Shown here one piece after another: positions 29,598 through 39,548 of a DNA stretch of 64,000 bases (positions within the stretch are counted from its first letter, which is position 1; each line of letters starts with the position of its first letter). The notes beneath the pieces are model-generated. The model saw only the letters and a program-made list of their open reading frames with translations, searched no databases and was not told the origin of the DNA. Position numbers and translations under genes: made by a program. The stretch is from Bacillota bacterium (GTDB taxonomy: Bacteria > Bacillota > DTU025): contig JBMNJT010000008.1 of the NCBI GenBank assembly GCA_050951805.1, forward strand, positions 416,001 to 480,000. The letters run 5' to 3'.

Positions 29598-29679
29598 TAT
29601 GATCTGACCCCGTACCCGCTTCGGGGTTGGCTCTGCTGCTACTTTGCGGGCGGGCTGTGGGTCGGGCGTTGAGCCTGTA

Positions 29680-29709
29680 TTGACATCTGTGGCTTTGCCG
29701 AGCTAGAAT
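29680..29709 (+). promoter_or_regulatory. Sigma-A promoter of the thrS leader
   Basis: TTGACA-18 bp-TAGAAT. Confidence 0.7.
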
Positions 29710-29730
29710 GTATCTAATTGAACGCGTATA

Positions 29731-29983
29731 TGGCGATGATGAGGACGAGTAAGCTTTGGAACCCTCAGAGACGGCGGGCCATGCGGTGGGAGTCTGCCGG
29801 GGTGTAGATTGCTGAAAACCACCTCTGAGCTTGCTGCTGAAACCGCTGAGGCGGGATTAGGCTGGCACGGCTGGCCGCCGTTATGTGGCTTTTAAGAGGG
29901 CGCGATCTGCGCCAAGCCGGGTGGAACCGCGGGTTAACCCCGTCCCGATGATGGATCATTTAGGGACGGGGTTGTTGTTTTTC
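29731..29983 (+). promoter_or_regulatory. T-box riboswitch (Thr specifier ACC)
   Basis: GAGTA and AGAGA stem I motifs, GAAA-ACC specifier, T-box GGGTGGAACCGCG, terminator AACCCCGTCCC/GGGACGGGGTT plus T-tract, upstream of thrS. Confidence 0.92.
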
Positions 29984-30069
29984 CAGTTGGCATGCGTAGT
30001 TACGAGCTGGTGGCTGGATTGTACATTGAGTTGGCTGAGCATTGAAACGTGCAAGGGGGCAGGAGACTG

Positions 30070-31995
30070 ATGGAGAACGTGAAAGTGACTTTGCCGGACG
30101 GTGCCGTTATTGAGCTTCCTTCCGGAACTACAGTGGGCGAATTGGCTTCCCGCATCGGCAGGCGATTGGCCGCGAAGGCGGTCGTCGGTCTTGTGGACGG
30201 TGTAGCCGTTGACCTCTCATTCCCTATTTCCGAAGATTGCCATGTGACTATACTGGACGCAACATCGCCCGAGGGGCTTAACACAATGCGCCATTCCGCG
30301 GCGCATGTAATGGCACAGGCTGTGAAGAGACTGTTTCCCGGAGTAAAGCTCGCAATAGGGCCGACGATCGATGATGGGTTCTATTACGATTTCGACATCG
30401 ACCATGCCTTTACTTCCGAGGATCTTGAGAAAATCGAAGCGGAAATGGCGAAGATCATCGCCGAGGATCTCCCAATAGTCCGTCAAGAGGTGTCCTGGGT
30501 CGAGGCCATGGACGTGTTGAAGAGTGGCGACGAGGTTTACAAGATGGAGCTCCTCAATGAACTCGGTGATGGTGAGGTCAGCTTCTATCGACAGGGCGAG
30601 TTTTGCGACATGTGTCGTGGGCCTCATCTGCCGAGAACGGGAATGATCGGCGCCTTCAAGCTTCTCAGCGTGGCCGGGGCGTACTGGCGAGGCGATGAGA
30701 ACAGGCCCATGCTCTCAAGAATATACGGAACCGCTTTCCCCACCCGGAAAGAGCTCGACGAGCATCTGCGCCTTCTGGAGGAGGCTGCCAAGAGGGATCA
30801 TAGAAAGCTCGGCAAGGAGCTCGACATATTCAGCGTTCACGAGGAGGCAGGCGCTGGGCTTATCTTCTATCACCCTCATGGCGCAGCCATCCGCCACTCT
30901 ATTGAGGACTTTTGGATGCGTGAACACATAGCGCGGGGGTATAAGCCTGTTATCACTCCGCACATTGCAGAATCGACGCTATGGACCATATCAGGGCACA
31001 ATGACTATTACCGGGAGAACATGTATTACCTGTCCATAGACGAGAAGGAGTATGTTCTGAAGCCCATGAATTGTCCCGGGCATATACTGATATACAAGAC
31101 TGCTACGAGAAGCTATCGGGATATGCCGATACGCTACTGCGAACTGGGGACTGTGTACAGATATGAACGTTCTGGGGCTCTTCACGGGTTGCTCAGGGTG
31201 AGGGGATTCACTCAGGATGACGCTCACATCTTTTGCACCCCTGAGCAGCTGCGGGATGAAATTGTAGGGGTGATTGATCTTACCCAGTTCATGCTGAAGA
31301 GCTTTGGATTTTCGGAATACGAGTTTTTCCTGTCAACAAGGCCAGAGAAGTCGGTGGGATCGGACGAAAACTGGGAGCGTGCGACAGCGGCTCTCCGGGA
31401 TGCATTAGAAGGCCACGGGCTTAAGTATACCGTAGATCCAGGTGAGGGCGTGTTTTACGGCCCAAAGATCGATACCAAGCTCAAGGATTCTCTCGGCCGT
31501 CTCTGGCAGGGGCCAACAATTCAGGTGGATTTCAACTTGCCCGAAAGGTTCGATGTAAACTACATCGGAGAGGATGGAGAGAAACACAGGGCTATCATGA
31601 TACACAGAACCGTCCTTGGCAGCATGGAGCGGTTTATGGGGTGTTTGATTGAGCAGTATGCAGGCGCCTTGCCTGTATGGCTCTCTCCAGTTCAGGCAAG
31701 AGTTCTCTCCATCGGCGATCGACATATCGACTATGCCATGGGAATTGCCAGGAACTTGTCGGAACGAGGGTTTAGGGTTGACACGGATGTCCGAGATGAG
31801 AAAATCGGATACAAGATACGCGAAGCCCAACTTGAAAAGACTCCGTACATGCTCATCGTAGGCGACAGGGAAATGGAATCCGGCCAGGTTGCAGTGAGGG
31901 CGCGCCGAGGCGGTGATCTGGGTGCCATGACTTTGAATCAGTTCGCCGACAGGCTTCGCGCAGAAGTTGACTCTCGCACGTGCGAGGATGTTTGA
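30070..31995 (+). CDS. thrS: Threonine--tRNA ligase
   Basis: TGS domain, RHSAAH, CRGPH, RDHRKLG, KPMNCP, RVRGFTQDDAH. Confidence 0.97.
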   Translation: MENVKVTLPDGAVIELPSGTTVGELASRIGRRLAAKAVVGLVDGVAVDLSFPISEDCHVTILDATSPEGLNTMRHSAAHVMAQAVKRLFPGVKLAIGPTIDDGFYYDFDIDHAFTSEDLEKIEAEMAKIIAEDLPIVRQEVSWVEAMDVLKSGDEVYKMELLNELGDGEVSFYRQGEFCDMCRGPHLPRTGMIGAFKLLSVAGAYWRGDENRPMLSRIYGTAFPTRKELDEHLRLLEEAAKRDHRKLGKELDIFSVHEEAGAGLIFYHPHGAAIRHSIEDFWMREHIARGYKPVITPHIAESTLWTISGHNDYYRENMYYLSIDEKEYVLKPMNCPGHILIYKTATRSYRDMPIRYCELGTVYRYERSGALHGLLRVRGFTQDDAHIFCTPEQLRDEIVGVIDLTQFMLKSFGFSEYEFFLSTRPEKSVGSDENWERATAALRDALEGHGLKYTVDPGEGVFYGPKIDTKLKDSLGRLWQGPTIQVDFNLPERFDVNYIGEDGEKHRAIMIHRTVLGSMERFMGCLIEQYAGALPVWLSPVQARVLSIGDRHIDYAMGIARNLSERGFRVDTDVRDEKIGYKIREAQLEKTPYMLIVGDREMESGQVAVRARRGGDLGAMTLNQFADRLRAEVDSRTCEDV

Positions 31996-32020
31996 CGCAG
32001 GGCCATGCCTGTGTTATACT
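31992..32020 (+). promoter_or_regulatory. Sigma-A promoter of the infC operon
   Basis: TTGACG-17 bp-TATACT with extended TG. Confidence 0.75.
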
Positions 32021-32049
32021 CGGTCTTGCGAATCTGGGATACATGTTTG

Positions 32050-32197
32050 AAGTAGAAGCCATCCGCTTCTCACCGATCGGCGTTGCTCAACGCTTCAGCC
32101 AGGTCGGTTCACTTGACTATATGCGGACCGGCAAATTTGCCGAGCGCCGTATGCTCTGTCATTGTGGGCGGGTGGATCACCCGCTTGTTCTTTATTT
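32050..32197 (+). promoter_or_regulatory. L20 leader RNA
   Basis: AGAAGCCATCCGCTTCTCACC motif and GCGGGTG/CACCCGC terminator upstream of infC-rpmI-rplT. Confidence 0.8.
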
Positions 32198-32240
32198 TGG
32201 GGGCATTCAAACACTGAAATTTTTATGGGGGTGACAAACT

Positions 32241-32762
32241 ATCAGTAGGGAGCTTTTCGTCAACGAGGCGATCAGGGCCAGGGAAGTCCGCGTCGTGGAT
32301 GAAAACGGTGAACAACTGGGCATAATGCCTGTCAGGGAAGCGATCAAACTTGCCGCGGATAGGGACCTGGACCTCGTGGAGGTTGCACCTACAGCACGAC
32401 CGCCCGTCTGCCGGATCATGGATTATGGCAGATACAAGTATGAACAGAGCAAACGCGAGCGGGAGGCAAGGAAGAAGCAGCATGTTGTCGACATAAAGGA
32501 AGTCCGGATGACTCCGAAGATCGAAGAGCACGACTTCAGTGTCAAGACTAAGAGTGCGGAACGGTTCCTTCGTGACGGCGACAAGGTTAAGGTTACTATA
32601 CGGTTCAGAGGACGAGAAATTGTCCATAGCGACCTCGCCAGGCAGCTTTTGATGGAGATGGCGGAGAGCCTTTCAAGTGTAGGTTCTGTAGAGCGCTTGC
32701 CAAAGGTTGAAGGCAGAAACATGGTTATGATTCTTTCCCCTAAGCAAGAGCAAGAGGGGTAG
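32241..32762 (+). CDS. infC: Translation initiation factor IF-3 (non-canonical ATC start)
   Basis: In-frame N-terminus (I)SRELFVNEAIRAREVRVVD upstream of the ORF-track start; SD GGGGGTG 7 nt before ATC 32241. Confidence 0.93.
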   Translation: MSRELFVNEAIRAREVRVVDENGEQLGIMPVREAIKLAADRDLDLVEVAPTARPPVCRIMDYGRYKYEQSKREREARKKQHVVDIKEVRMTPKIEEHDFSVKTKSAERFLRDGDKVKVTIRFRGREIVHSDLARQLLMEMAESLSSVGSVERLPKVEGRNMVMILSPKQEQEG

Positions 32763-32804
32763 GTCTGTTTTTTTGCGTGGATTCAGTTGAGGAGGGCAAT
32801 GGTT

Positions 32805-33002
32805 ATGCCTAAGATGAAAACTAACAGAGCATCGGCGAAGAGATATTATGTGACCGGATCCGGTAAGATCATGCGGAACAAGGCCGGGCGTAGGCACAAG
32901 CTTGCTGCCAAAACCCCCAAGAGGAAGCGAAATATGCGGAAGGACGTTGTTCTTTCGAAACCGGATCAGAAGGTCGCGCGCGAACTGATCCCGTATAAGT
33001 AG
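32805..33002 (+). CDS. rpmI: 50S ribosomal protein L35
   Basis: MPKMKTNRASAKR...TGSGK. Confidence 0.95.
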   Translation: MPKMKTNRASAKRYYVTGSGKIMRNKAGRRHKLAAKTPKRKRNMRKDVVLSKPDQKVARELIPYK

Positions 33003-33051
33003 CTTTTCTGATAGGTTGTTTTGCATGATGGCCATAGGGGGTTGATTTACG

Positions 33052-33414
33052 ATGGCGAGGGTAAAGCGTGGCACGAACGCGCGGCGCAGGCACAACAAAA
33101 CTTTGAAACTCGCAAAGGGTTACACTGGAGTTAACAGCGTTTCATATAAACGGGCTAACCAGGCAGTAATGCATGCCATGGACTATTCATATGCCCACAG
33201 GCGCACGCGTAAGCGCGATTTCAGGCAGCTTTGGATTGCGCGGATCAATGCTGCGGCCCGCATGAATGGCATGTCATATAGCCGGTTCATTTCTGGACTG
33301 AAAAAGGCTGGAGTTGACATTAATCGCAAGATGTTGGCGGACCTGGCCGTTAATGATGGCGCTGCTTTTGAACAGCTCGTGGCTGTGGCTAGGGAACAGG
33401 AAGCCGCAAACTAG
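33052..33414 (+). CDS. rplT: 50S ribosomal protein L20
   Basis: MARVKRG...[15 protein letters not shown]. Confidence 0.97.
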   Translation: MARVKRGTNARRRHNKTLKLAKGYTGVNSVSYKRANQAVMHAMDYSYAHRRTRKRDFRQLWIARINAAARMNGMSYSRFISGLKKAGVDINRKMLADLAVNDGAAFEQLVAVAREQEAAN

Positions 33415-33422
33415 TGTGAGCG

Positions 33423-34409
33423 GTGAGTAGATTGGACGTAATCAGGAGCCAAAAGAACCCCGCTGTCCGCATGTACAAACAATGCGTGACTCGGGGTTTA
33501 TCGCATCTTGTCCCACTTGAGGGTGTAAGGCTGGTGGAGGATGCGCTGGCGGCCAAAGTGCCGCTAGACACAGTCTACATAGCCGAAGATGTCGATATGG
33601 GCAATGAATCGACCAGTGGTCGAATACTGTCGGGCGCTCGCCGAAATGGTGCACGAATTGTCATTGTATCCACGTCAGTTGCGGAAAGTATGGCCGATAC
33701 GCGCACGCCTCAGGGGGTGTTCGCGCTGGCGAAGTGGTCGCCGGCCTCGGGATGTGAATTGCTCGCCAGCGCTGGTGGAAATGGAATGCCGTCTTTCGGG
33801 GTCTATTTGGATGGAGTCTCGGATCCGGGGAATGTGGGAACCATCATACGCACTGCGGCAGCCCTAGGAGCGCTGGGAGTGGTTGCCGGTCCACGATGTG
33901 CAGGCTTTACCAACCCGAAGGTCATAAGGGCTTCCATGGGTTCTATCTTTCGCATGCCGGTCGCGGAGGTCAAAGATGTTGATGGCTTCTTTGGCCGCGC
34001 TGCGGAGCTTGGGTACGACATCATCGTGTCCGACTCGGAGGTCGGGGGGGCGGTCGATAATCTTGTCTGGCCTGGTTGCGCAAGGCCTCAGGAGAGGTCG
34101 CAGCAAGTCGCCAAACCGCAGATAGTCGGGGATTCGCAAGACACCGTTTGCCTGACAGATCGGGGGGCCGACGGTGCAAACGTTGCCTTTCTGGTGGTAG
34201 GTTCTGAGGCCTTCGGAGTGAGCGATGCTGTGAGGAAACATGCCACTGCACGGGTGAAAATCGAGATGGCAAGGGACGTGGAGTCTCTGAACGTAGCTGC
34301 GGCCGCAGCTATTCTCATTTATGCATTGAGGCAAAAGGTTGTTGCCTGGGAAGATGCACGTGGTGTGCGCGTCAATGACTGTGGTCTAGGGGATCAGGAG
34401 AAGGTTTAA
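33423..34409 (+). CDS. TrmH/SpoU family RNA methyltransferase
   Basis: DPGNVGTIIRTA, RASMGS, GSEAFG, ESLNVAAA. Confidence 0.9.
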   Translation: MSRLDVIRSQKNPAVRMYKQCVTRGLSHLVPLEGVRLVEDALAAKVPLDTVYIAEDVDMGNESTSGRILSGARRNGARIVIVSTSVAESMADTRTPQGVFALAKWSPASGCELLASAGGNGMPSFGVYLDGVSDPGNVGTIIRTAAALGALGVVAGPRCAGFTNPKVIRASMGSIFRMPVAEVKDVDGFFGRAAELGYDIIVSDSEVGGAVDNLVWPGCARPQERSQQVAKPQIVGDSQDTVCLTDRGADGANVAFLVVGSEAFGVSDAVRKHATARVKIEMARDVESLNVAAAAAILIYALRQKVVAWEDARGVRVNDCGLGDQEKV

Positions 34410-34428
34410 AAGTAGCGTGTCCAGGTTG

Positions 34429-34457
34429 TTGACTTATGGGGACGCATGTGGTATTCT
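34429..34457 (+). promoter_or_regulatory. Sigma-A promoter of tRNA operon 2
   Basis: TTGACT-17 bp-TATTCT with extended TG. Confidence 0.72.
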
Positions 34458-34481
34458 AAGCTTCGCACGGCACGATTGCTT

Positions 34482-34557
34482 GCCGACGTAGCTCAATTGG
34501 CAGAGCAGCTGATTTGTAATCAGCAGGTTGCGGGTTCGAGTCCCATCGTCGGCTCCA
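34482..34557 (+). tRNA. tRNA-Thr(TGT)
   Basis: Anticodon loop TT-TGT-AA, encoded CCA. Confidence 0.95.
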
Positions 34558-34574
34558 AGTTTTGCAGTGTTTTT

Positions 34575-34660
34575 GGAGAGGTGGCCGAGTGGTTAAAGGC
34601 GGCAGACTGTAAATCTGCTCCCGGACGGGTTCGGAGGTTCGAATCCTCCCCTCTCCACCA
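34575..34660 (+). tRNA. tRNA-Tyr(GTA)
   Basis: Anticodon loop CT-GTA-AA, long variable arm, encoded CCA. Confidence 0.95.
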
Positions 34661-34673
34661 CTTTATCCTAGAT

Positions 34674-34749
<76 letters not shown>

Positions 34750-34770
34750 GAATCAGGTTATAAGGTTTGT

Positions 34771-34847
<77 letters not shown>

Positions 34848-34877
34848 AATTTGCCGTGACACGGCTAATAAGCTTGT

Positions 34878-34954
<77 letters not shown>

Positions 34955-34982
34955 AATTTCGAGCGGCCCATGTTGGGCCAGT

Positions 34983-35059
34983 GCCCGCGTAGCTCAGTCG
35001 GTAGCAGCGCATGCATGGTAAGCATGAGGTCATCGGTTCGATTCCGATCGCGGGCTCCA
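34983..35059 (+). tRNA. tRNA-Thr(GGT)
   Basis: Anticodon loop AT-GGT-AA, encoded CCA. Confidence 0.92.
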
Positions 35060-35067
35060 CTTTATCA

Positions 35068-35099
35068 GACCGCACCACCAATGGTGCGGTCATTTTTTG
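35068..35099 (+). terminator. Intrinsic terminator after tRNA operon 2
   Basis: GACCGCACCA/TGGTGCGGTC followed by ATTTTTTG. Confidence 0.85.
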
Positions 35100-35100
35100 T

Positions 35101-35770
35101 GTTTGCCAGGCGTGTTTTGCGAGCCGATGGTGTCATCCAACGAGCGGGAAGACAACCCCAAGGCAAGGGCGTCGCCGAAAGCGGCGGGGTCTGAAGGAAG
35201 CTTTAAGGGGGAACACGGAACGTAGCGAAAGCGAACTGAAGTTGGCCTGTCAGGTGGGTAACCTTGCGAAGTATGGGAAAGCCCGAAAGCTGGATAACCT
35301 GGGAGCCTTGAACGGACGGTTGAGGCAGACAAACTCAACCGGGGAAGCTCTGCATCATCCAGAGAGCTGGCAGGCCTAAAGAAGCGGAGACGCAAGGATG
35401 GAAGTAGGGCGGTAGATGAGTCTGTAGGATTCAGCCTGCGACAAGCTGGCAAAAGGCTGGAGGATAAGGCTGAGGGGACAGCGATCCGGAGCTGCTGGGT
35501 CCTGTGCCCGCTCAAAGCCGGGCGGGGTAGATTGCCTTCAAGCTAAAAACGCCTTGCGGGACTGTGGATATAATCAGCGATGCAAGAAAGGAACAAAGGA
35601 ATCGTGGGGATGAAGGAGCTCACCAACTACGTGGTCGGTGCATTGCATCTTTTCACTTTTCAATGGAACGAAGTGACTAAGGCTTGTTAGAAACCGTGTA
35701 TGAGACCTGCAGGCGTGGTTCTTTGAGAGGGATGACGCTAGGCGGATTGCCTGGCACCATGATACTTCAG
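35101..35770 (+). mobile_element. ORF-less, degenerate group II intron (class C/E-like)
   Basis: Domain I motifs (GCAAGGGCGTCGCCGAAAG...TCTGAAGGAAGC, GGGTAACC...GGGAAAGCCC), domain III-like GTAGATGAGTCTGTAG...GGAGGATAA, domain V-like AAACCGTGTATGAGACCTGCAGGCGTGGTTC (35691-35721) then TGAGAGGG and a domain VI-like hairpin; no RT ORF; consensus recalled from memory, boundaries approximate. Confidence 0.72.
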
Positions 35771-35975
35771 CGTGAATGATCTGCCCCGTTCATGTCGATG
35801 CAGGTGCACTGGCTGCACATTAGTCACCCTAGCCTGCGATGAAATGCATAGGCGTTGCCTGCTGTCAGCATGACCGGGTGGTTGGCGCTTGCAGCTTACT
35901 CTCAGTGTGGGCTGCAATGTCCGCATTCATCTTGCGCACGGCAGACTATCGACGCTAGGCGGTGTTTCGGGTGGA

Positions 35976-36004
35976 TTGACAGTGCTGGTGGGGTATGATA
36001 ACTT
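35976..36004 (+). promoter_or_regulatory. Probable sigma-A promoter of rpmG-secE-nusG
   Basis: TTGACA-17 bp-TAACTT with extended TG. Confidence 0.55.
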
Positions 36005-36106
36005 TTAGGGGTGATTATGGGCGCTCCTGACGGGGGGCGTCATAGGTGTCTGCTCGAGCCTTCGGGCGACAGCTGATGCAACTGAGTAATGGGGAGGTCT
36101 AACGAG

Positions 36107-36256
36107 ATGCGGGAGGGAATCACCCTTCAGTGTAGTGAATGCAAGAACCGCAACTACCAGACCGCCAAGAACAAGCGGAATGACCCTGATAGGATCGAGC
36201 TGAAGAAGTACTGCAAGTTCTGTAGGGCGCACACTTTACACAAGGAAACACGCTAG
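36107..36256 (+). CDS. rpmG: 50S ribosomal protein L33 (Zn-binding, 49 aa; not in the ORF track)
   Basis: Manual translation [49 protein letters not shown]; SD GGGGAGG. Confidence 0.95.
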   Translation: MREGITLQCSECKNRNYQTAKNKRNDPDRIELKKYCKFCRAHTLHKETR

Positions 36257-36297
36257 GGTATAATCTAGCCGTGTTTCACAGGGGAGGGATCTATTTC

Positions 36298-36537
36298 ATG
36301 GCTCAAGAGGCCAAGCCGACTCTCTCCACGCGCATGAAAGGATTCTTCGGCAAGATTGGGAAGTTCTTTCGGGAGGTTCGTGCTGAATTCAAGCGAGTTC
36401 AGTGGCCTAGCCGAAAGGAAACGTGGTCTTTGACTTTGGCCGTGATCGTGTATGTGCTCATTGTAACTGTGTTTCTGGGCCTAGTCGACCTGGGACTATC
36501 CTTCCTGGTTGAACAGATTGTTAAGGCAGCTGCATGA
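36298..36537 (+). CDS. secE: Preprotein translocase subunit SecE
   Basis: FFREVRAEFKRVQWPSRKE plus one TM helix. Confidence 0.93.
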   Translation: MAQEAKPTLSTRMKGFFGKIGKFFREVRAEFKRVQWPSRKETWSLTLAVIVYVLIVTVFLGLVDLGLSFLVEQIVKAAA

Positions 36538-37088
36538 GCAAAATGGGTACTGACAAGATCGAGAACGGCAGAGGCTGGTACGTGGTGCATACGTACTCAG
36601 GCTATGAAAACAAAGTGAAGACCAATCTGGAACGGCGCGTGCAGACCATGGAGAAAGAGGACAAGATCTTCCGGGTGCTCGTCCCCACCGAAGAAGTAAC
36701 TGAGTTCAAGGATGGGCGTAAAAAGGTTGTCCAGCGAAAGAGATTTCCCGGTTATGTCCTGGTCGAGATGGTGATGAGTGACGATTCTTGGTATGTCGTC
36801 AGAAACACGCCCGGAGTCACGGGTTTTGTGGGCTCCGGCAACAAGCCGATTCCACTTACCGAAGAGGAAATGCATGCGATCCTCCGTCAGATGGGGGTGG
36901 AGGAGCCCAAGGTCACGGTGACCTTCGAGATTGGCGAGACCGTCAGGGTGATCTCTGGTCCTTTTGAGAACCTCGACGGAATTGTCCAGGAGGTCAGCCC
37001 CGAAAGGGGCAGATTGCGCGTACAGGTATCTATGTTCGAACGCGAAATCCCGGTGGAACTAGATTTTACTGATGTCGAGAAATACTAG
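36534..37088 (+). CDS. nusG: Transcription termination/antitermination factor NusG
   Basis: WYVVHTYSGYE, FPGYV, VRNTPGVTGF, KOW motif. Confidence 0.97.
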   Translation: MSKMGTDKIENGRGWYVVHTYSGYENKVKTNLERRVQTMEKEDKIFRVLVPTEEVTEFKDGRKKVVQRKRFPGYVLVEMVMSDDSWYVVRNTPGVTGFVGSGNKPIPLTEEEMHAILRQMGVEEPKVTVTFEIGETVRVISGPFENLDGIVQEVSPERGRLRVQVSMFEREIPVELDFTDVEKY

Positions 37089-37115
37089 CACTCGCCGGGG
37101 AGGAGGTGTCAGCCA

Positions 37116-37544
37116 ATGGCGAAAAAAGTCACGGCAGTAGTCAAGCTGCAGTTGAATGCGGGAAAAGCTAGCCCCGCACCGCCTGTCGGTCCTGTGCTGG
37201 CGCCGACCGGAATCAACATTGTTGAGTTTTGCAAGAACTTCAACGCCAAGACTGCAGATCAGGTAGGTACGATAATACCAGTAGAGGTCACAGTGTACGA
37301 CGACAGGTCATACACCTACATCCTCAAGACGCCTCCGGTGTCTTTCTTGATCAAGAAGGCGCTTGGGATTGAGAAAGGTTCGGGCGAACCCGACACTCGA
37401 AAGGTCGGCAAGCTGACCCTGGATCAGGTTAGGCAGATTGCAGAAGTAAAGATGCCTGACCTCAATGCAAATGATATCGAAGCTGCCATGGAACTAGTGA
37501 AGGGCAGCGCCAGAAGTATGGGCGTGGAGGTTGCAGAGGCCTAG
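37116..37544 (+). CDS. rplK: 50S ribosomal protein L11
   Basis: [12 protein letters not shown]...ARSMG. Confidence 0.97.
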   Translation: MAKKVTAVVKLQLNAGKASPAPPVGPVLAPTGINIVEFCKNFNAKTADQVGTIIPVEVTVYDDRSYTYILKTPPVSFLIKKALGIEKGSGEPDTRKVGKLTLDQVRQIAEVKMPDLNANDIEAAMELVKGSARSMGVEVAEA

Positions 37545-37596
37545 GCCTTACAACCTATCCGCAACAGCCTGCGCTTGAATGTTGCGGGCTACAATC

Positions 37597-37627
37597 GTGG
37601 GAGGACATGTTCCGCTGGCACCACGTG
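37597..37627 (+). promoter_or_regulatory. Putative L1-binding leader upstream of rplA
   Basis: CGTGGGAGG...CCGCTGGCACCACG stem resembling the L1 rRNA site, next to the rplA SD. Confidence 0.6.
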
Positions 37628-37640
37628 GGAGGTAAAACCT

Positions 37641-38351
37641 ATGCCAAAGAGAGGCAAGAAGTATCAGGATTCCGTTAAAGTCATCGATAGGATGACTCTG
37701 TATGGACCGGCCGAAGGCGTGAAACTCGTTCGCGAGGCGGCCAAGGCCAATTTCGATGAGACTATCGAAGCCCACATCAGATTGGGTGTGGATCCCCGTC
37801 GTTCGGATCAGCAAGTTCGTGGGGCGGTCGTGCTTCCGTACGGAACTGGCAAGACCAAGACTGTGCTGGTTTTCGCAATGGGCGAAAAGGCGCGCGAGGC
37901 AGAAGAGGCTGGCGCCGATTATGTTGGCGGGGAAGATCTGGCTCAGAAAATACAGGGTGGATGGCTCGATTTCGATGCTGCCGTAGCTACTCCAGACATG
38001 ATGAGTGTCGTGGGAAGGCTAGGTAAGATCCTTGGCCCAAGGGGCTTGATGCCGAACCCGAAAACAGGAACGGTCACGTTCGAAGTGGCCAAGGCGATCA
38101 ACGAGATCAAAGCGGGTAAGGTTGAATACAGGGTCGACAAGAGTGGCATTATCCACGTTGTCATCGGCAAGGCCTCATTTGAAGAGGGGATGCTGATCGC
38201 GAACCTCAGGGTGTTGTCGGACGCCATAGTGAAAGCTCGTCCGGCAGCCGCCAAGGGGACCTACATCAAAAGCGTCGCGCTGGCGCCGACGATGGGTCCG
38301 TCGGTTCGTCTCAATCCCCAGCTGTTTGCGCAGATGGTGGCCGAAAAGTAG
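37641..38351 (+). CDS. rplA: 50S ribosomal protein L1
   Basis: MPKRGKKY...[16 protein letters not shown]. Confidence 0.97.
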   Translation: MPKRGKKYQDSVKVIDRMTLYGPAEGVKLVREAAKANFDETIEAHIRLGVDPRRSDQQVRGAVVLPYGTGKTKTVLVFAMGEKAREAEEAGADYVGGEDLAQKIQGGWLDFDAAVATPDMMSVVGRLGKILGPRGLMPNPKTGTVTFEVAKAINEIKAGKVEYRVDKSGIIHVVIGKASFEEGMLIANLRVLSDAIVKARPAAAKGTYIKSVALAPTMGPSVRLNPQLFAQMVAEK

Positions 38352-38384
38352 AGTTGTCTGCTTTGACAATAGAGAGATGTGCCT

Positions 38385-38550
38385 GGCCCAAGACAGCAGG
38401 CGTCGCGTAGTGTGGCAACGCTGCACGAAACGCGGCCTAAGTGACGAAATGTCAGCCCGCCGAGGCTGGAGGGAAGCTTGGCTTCCGAACGCAAATATAT
38501 GTCTGTGATTTGCGGGACCTCCGGCCATACCTGAGCCGAGGTCCCTTTCT
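38385..38550 (+). promoter_or_regulatory. L10 leader RNA
   Basis: CCAAGACAGCAGG...TAA...CCCGCCGAGG motifs plus GGGACCT/AGGTCCC hairpin upstream of rplJ. Confidence 0.78.
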
Positions 38551-38597
38551 ATTGCCGGTACTAAGCGAATCGTACGCGTGCGAACGGAGGTGTGAAA

Positions 38598-39149
38598 GTG
38601 CCTACACCGAAAAAGATCCAGACTGTTGAAGAAATCCAATCAAAACTGAACGAAGCGAGCTGCGTTGTGCTGACTGACTTCCGTGGTCTCAATGTGGCGC
38701 AGGCGACTGCGCTCAGACGAAGGCTTACGGAGGCAGGCGTGGAGTACAAGGTCTACAAGAATACGCTCATCAAGATTGCAGCGGATAACGTTGGCATCGA
38801 AGGGCTAGATTCATATCTTCAGGGCCCGACTGCGCTTGCCTTTTCCACTGAGGATCCGATCGCTCCGGCCAAGATCCTTGCCGATTTTGCCCGTGAGACG
38901 AAGATCCTCAAGGTCAAGGCGGGTGTTTTGGACGGACAGATCATTGACAAGGATCGGGTCGCGGAGCTTGCAGCCTTGCCTCCCAAGGAAGTCATCCTTG
39001 GCAAGGTGGTCGGGGCAATGCAGGGACCGATTTTTGGCCTGGTCAATGTGCTTGCTGGTCCCACGCGCAAACTAGTATGGGCGTTGGATGCCATAAGGCA
39101 ACAAAAGGAAGAAGCCGGCGGAGATCCTCAGACCGTTCAGGCTCAATAA
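38598..39149 (+). CDS. rplJ: 50S ribosomal protein L10
   Basis: DFRGLNV, YKVYKNTL, GPTA. Confidence 0.96.
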   Translation: MPTPKKIQTVEEIQSKLNEASCVVLTDFRGLNVAQATALRRRLTEAGVEYKVYKNTLIKIAADNVGIEGLDSYLQGPTALAFSTEDPIAPAKILADFARETKILKVKAGVLDGQIIDKDRVAELAALPPKEVILGKVVGAMQGPIFGLVNVLAGPTRKLVWALDAIRQQKEEAGGDPQTVQAQ

Positions 39150-39167
39150 GAGGGAGGAAAATGTGCT

Positions 39168-39548
39168 ATGACTAAGGAAGAAATCCTTTCAGCTATTAAA
39201 AACATGACAGTTCTCGAGCTGTCCGAATTGGTCAAGGACCTCGAGGAAGAGTTTGGTGTAAGCGCAGCAATGCCGGTGGCCGCTATGGCGTCGGCAGGAG
39301 CGGCAGGCGCCGCTGCTGCTCCGGAAGAGGAAGAGAAGACAGACTTCGATGTAATTCTGGTTTCTCCGGGAGAGCAGAAGATTCCTGTGCTCAAGGTAGT
39401 CAGGGAGATCACTGGGCTCGGCCTTAAAGAGGCCAAGGAGCTCGTTGACAATGCGCCTAAGCCCATCAAAGAAGGCGTAAAGAAGGAAGAAGCGGAAGAG
39501 ATCAAAGCCAAGATTGCCGATGTCGGAGGTCAGGTCGAGATCAAGTAG
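39168..39548 (+). CDS. rplL: 50S ribosomal protein L7/L12
   Basis: [24 protein letters not shown]. Confidence 0.97.
   Translation: MTKEEILSAIKNMTVLELSELVKDLEEEFGVSAAMPVAAMASAGAAGAAAAPEEEEKTDFDVILVSPGEQKIPVLKVVREITGLGLKEAKELVDNAPKPIKEGVKKEEAEEIKAKIADVGGQVEIK

Noticed and set aside
34060-34190. Insertion of about 35 aa in the TrmH-like protein (and about 25 aa in the glycosylase near 25340-25410)
   Set aside because: Low-complexity loop insertions with no intein or mobile-element hallmarks.
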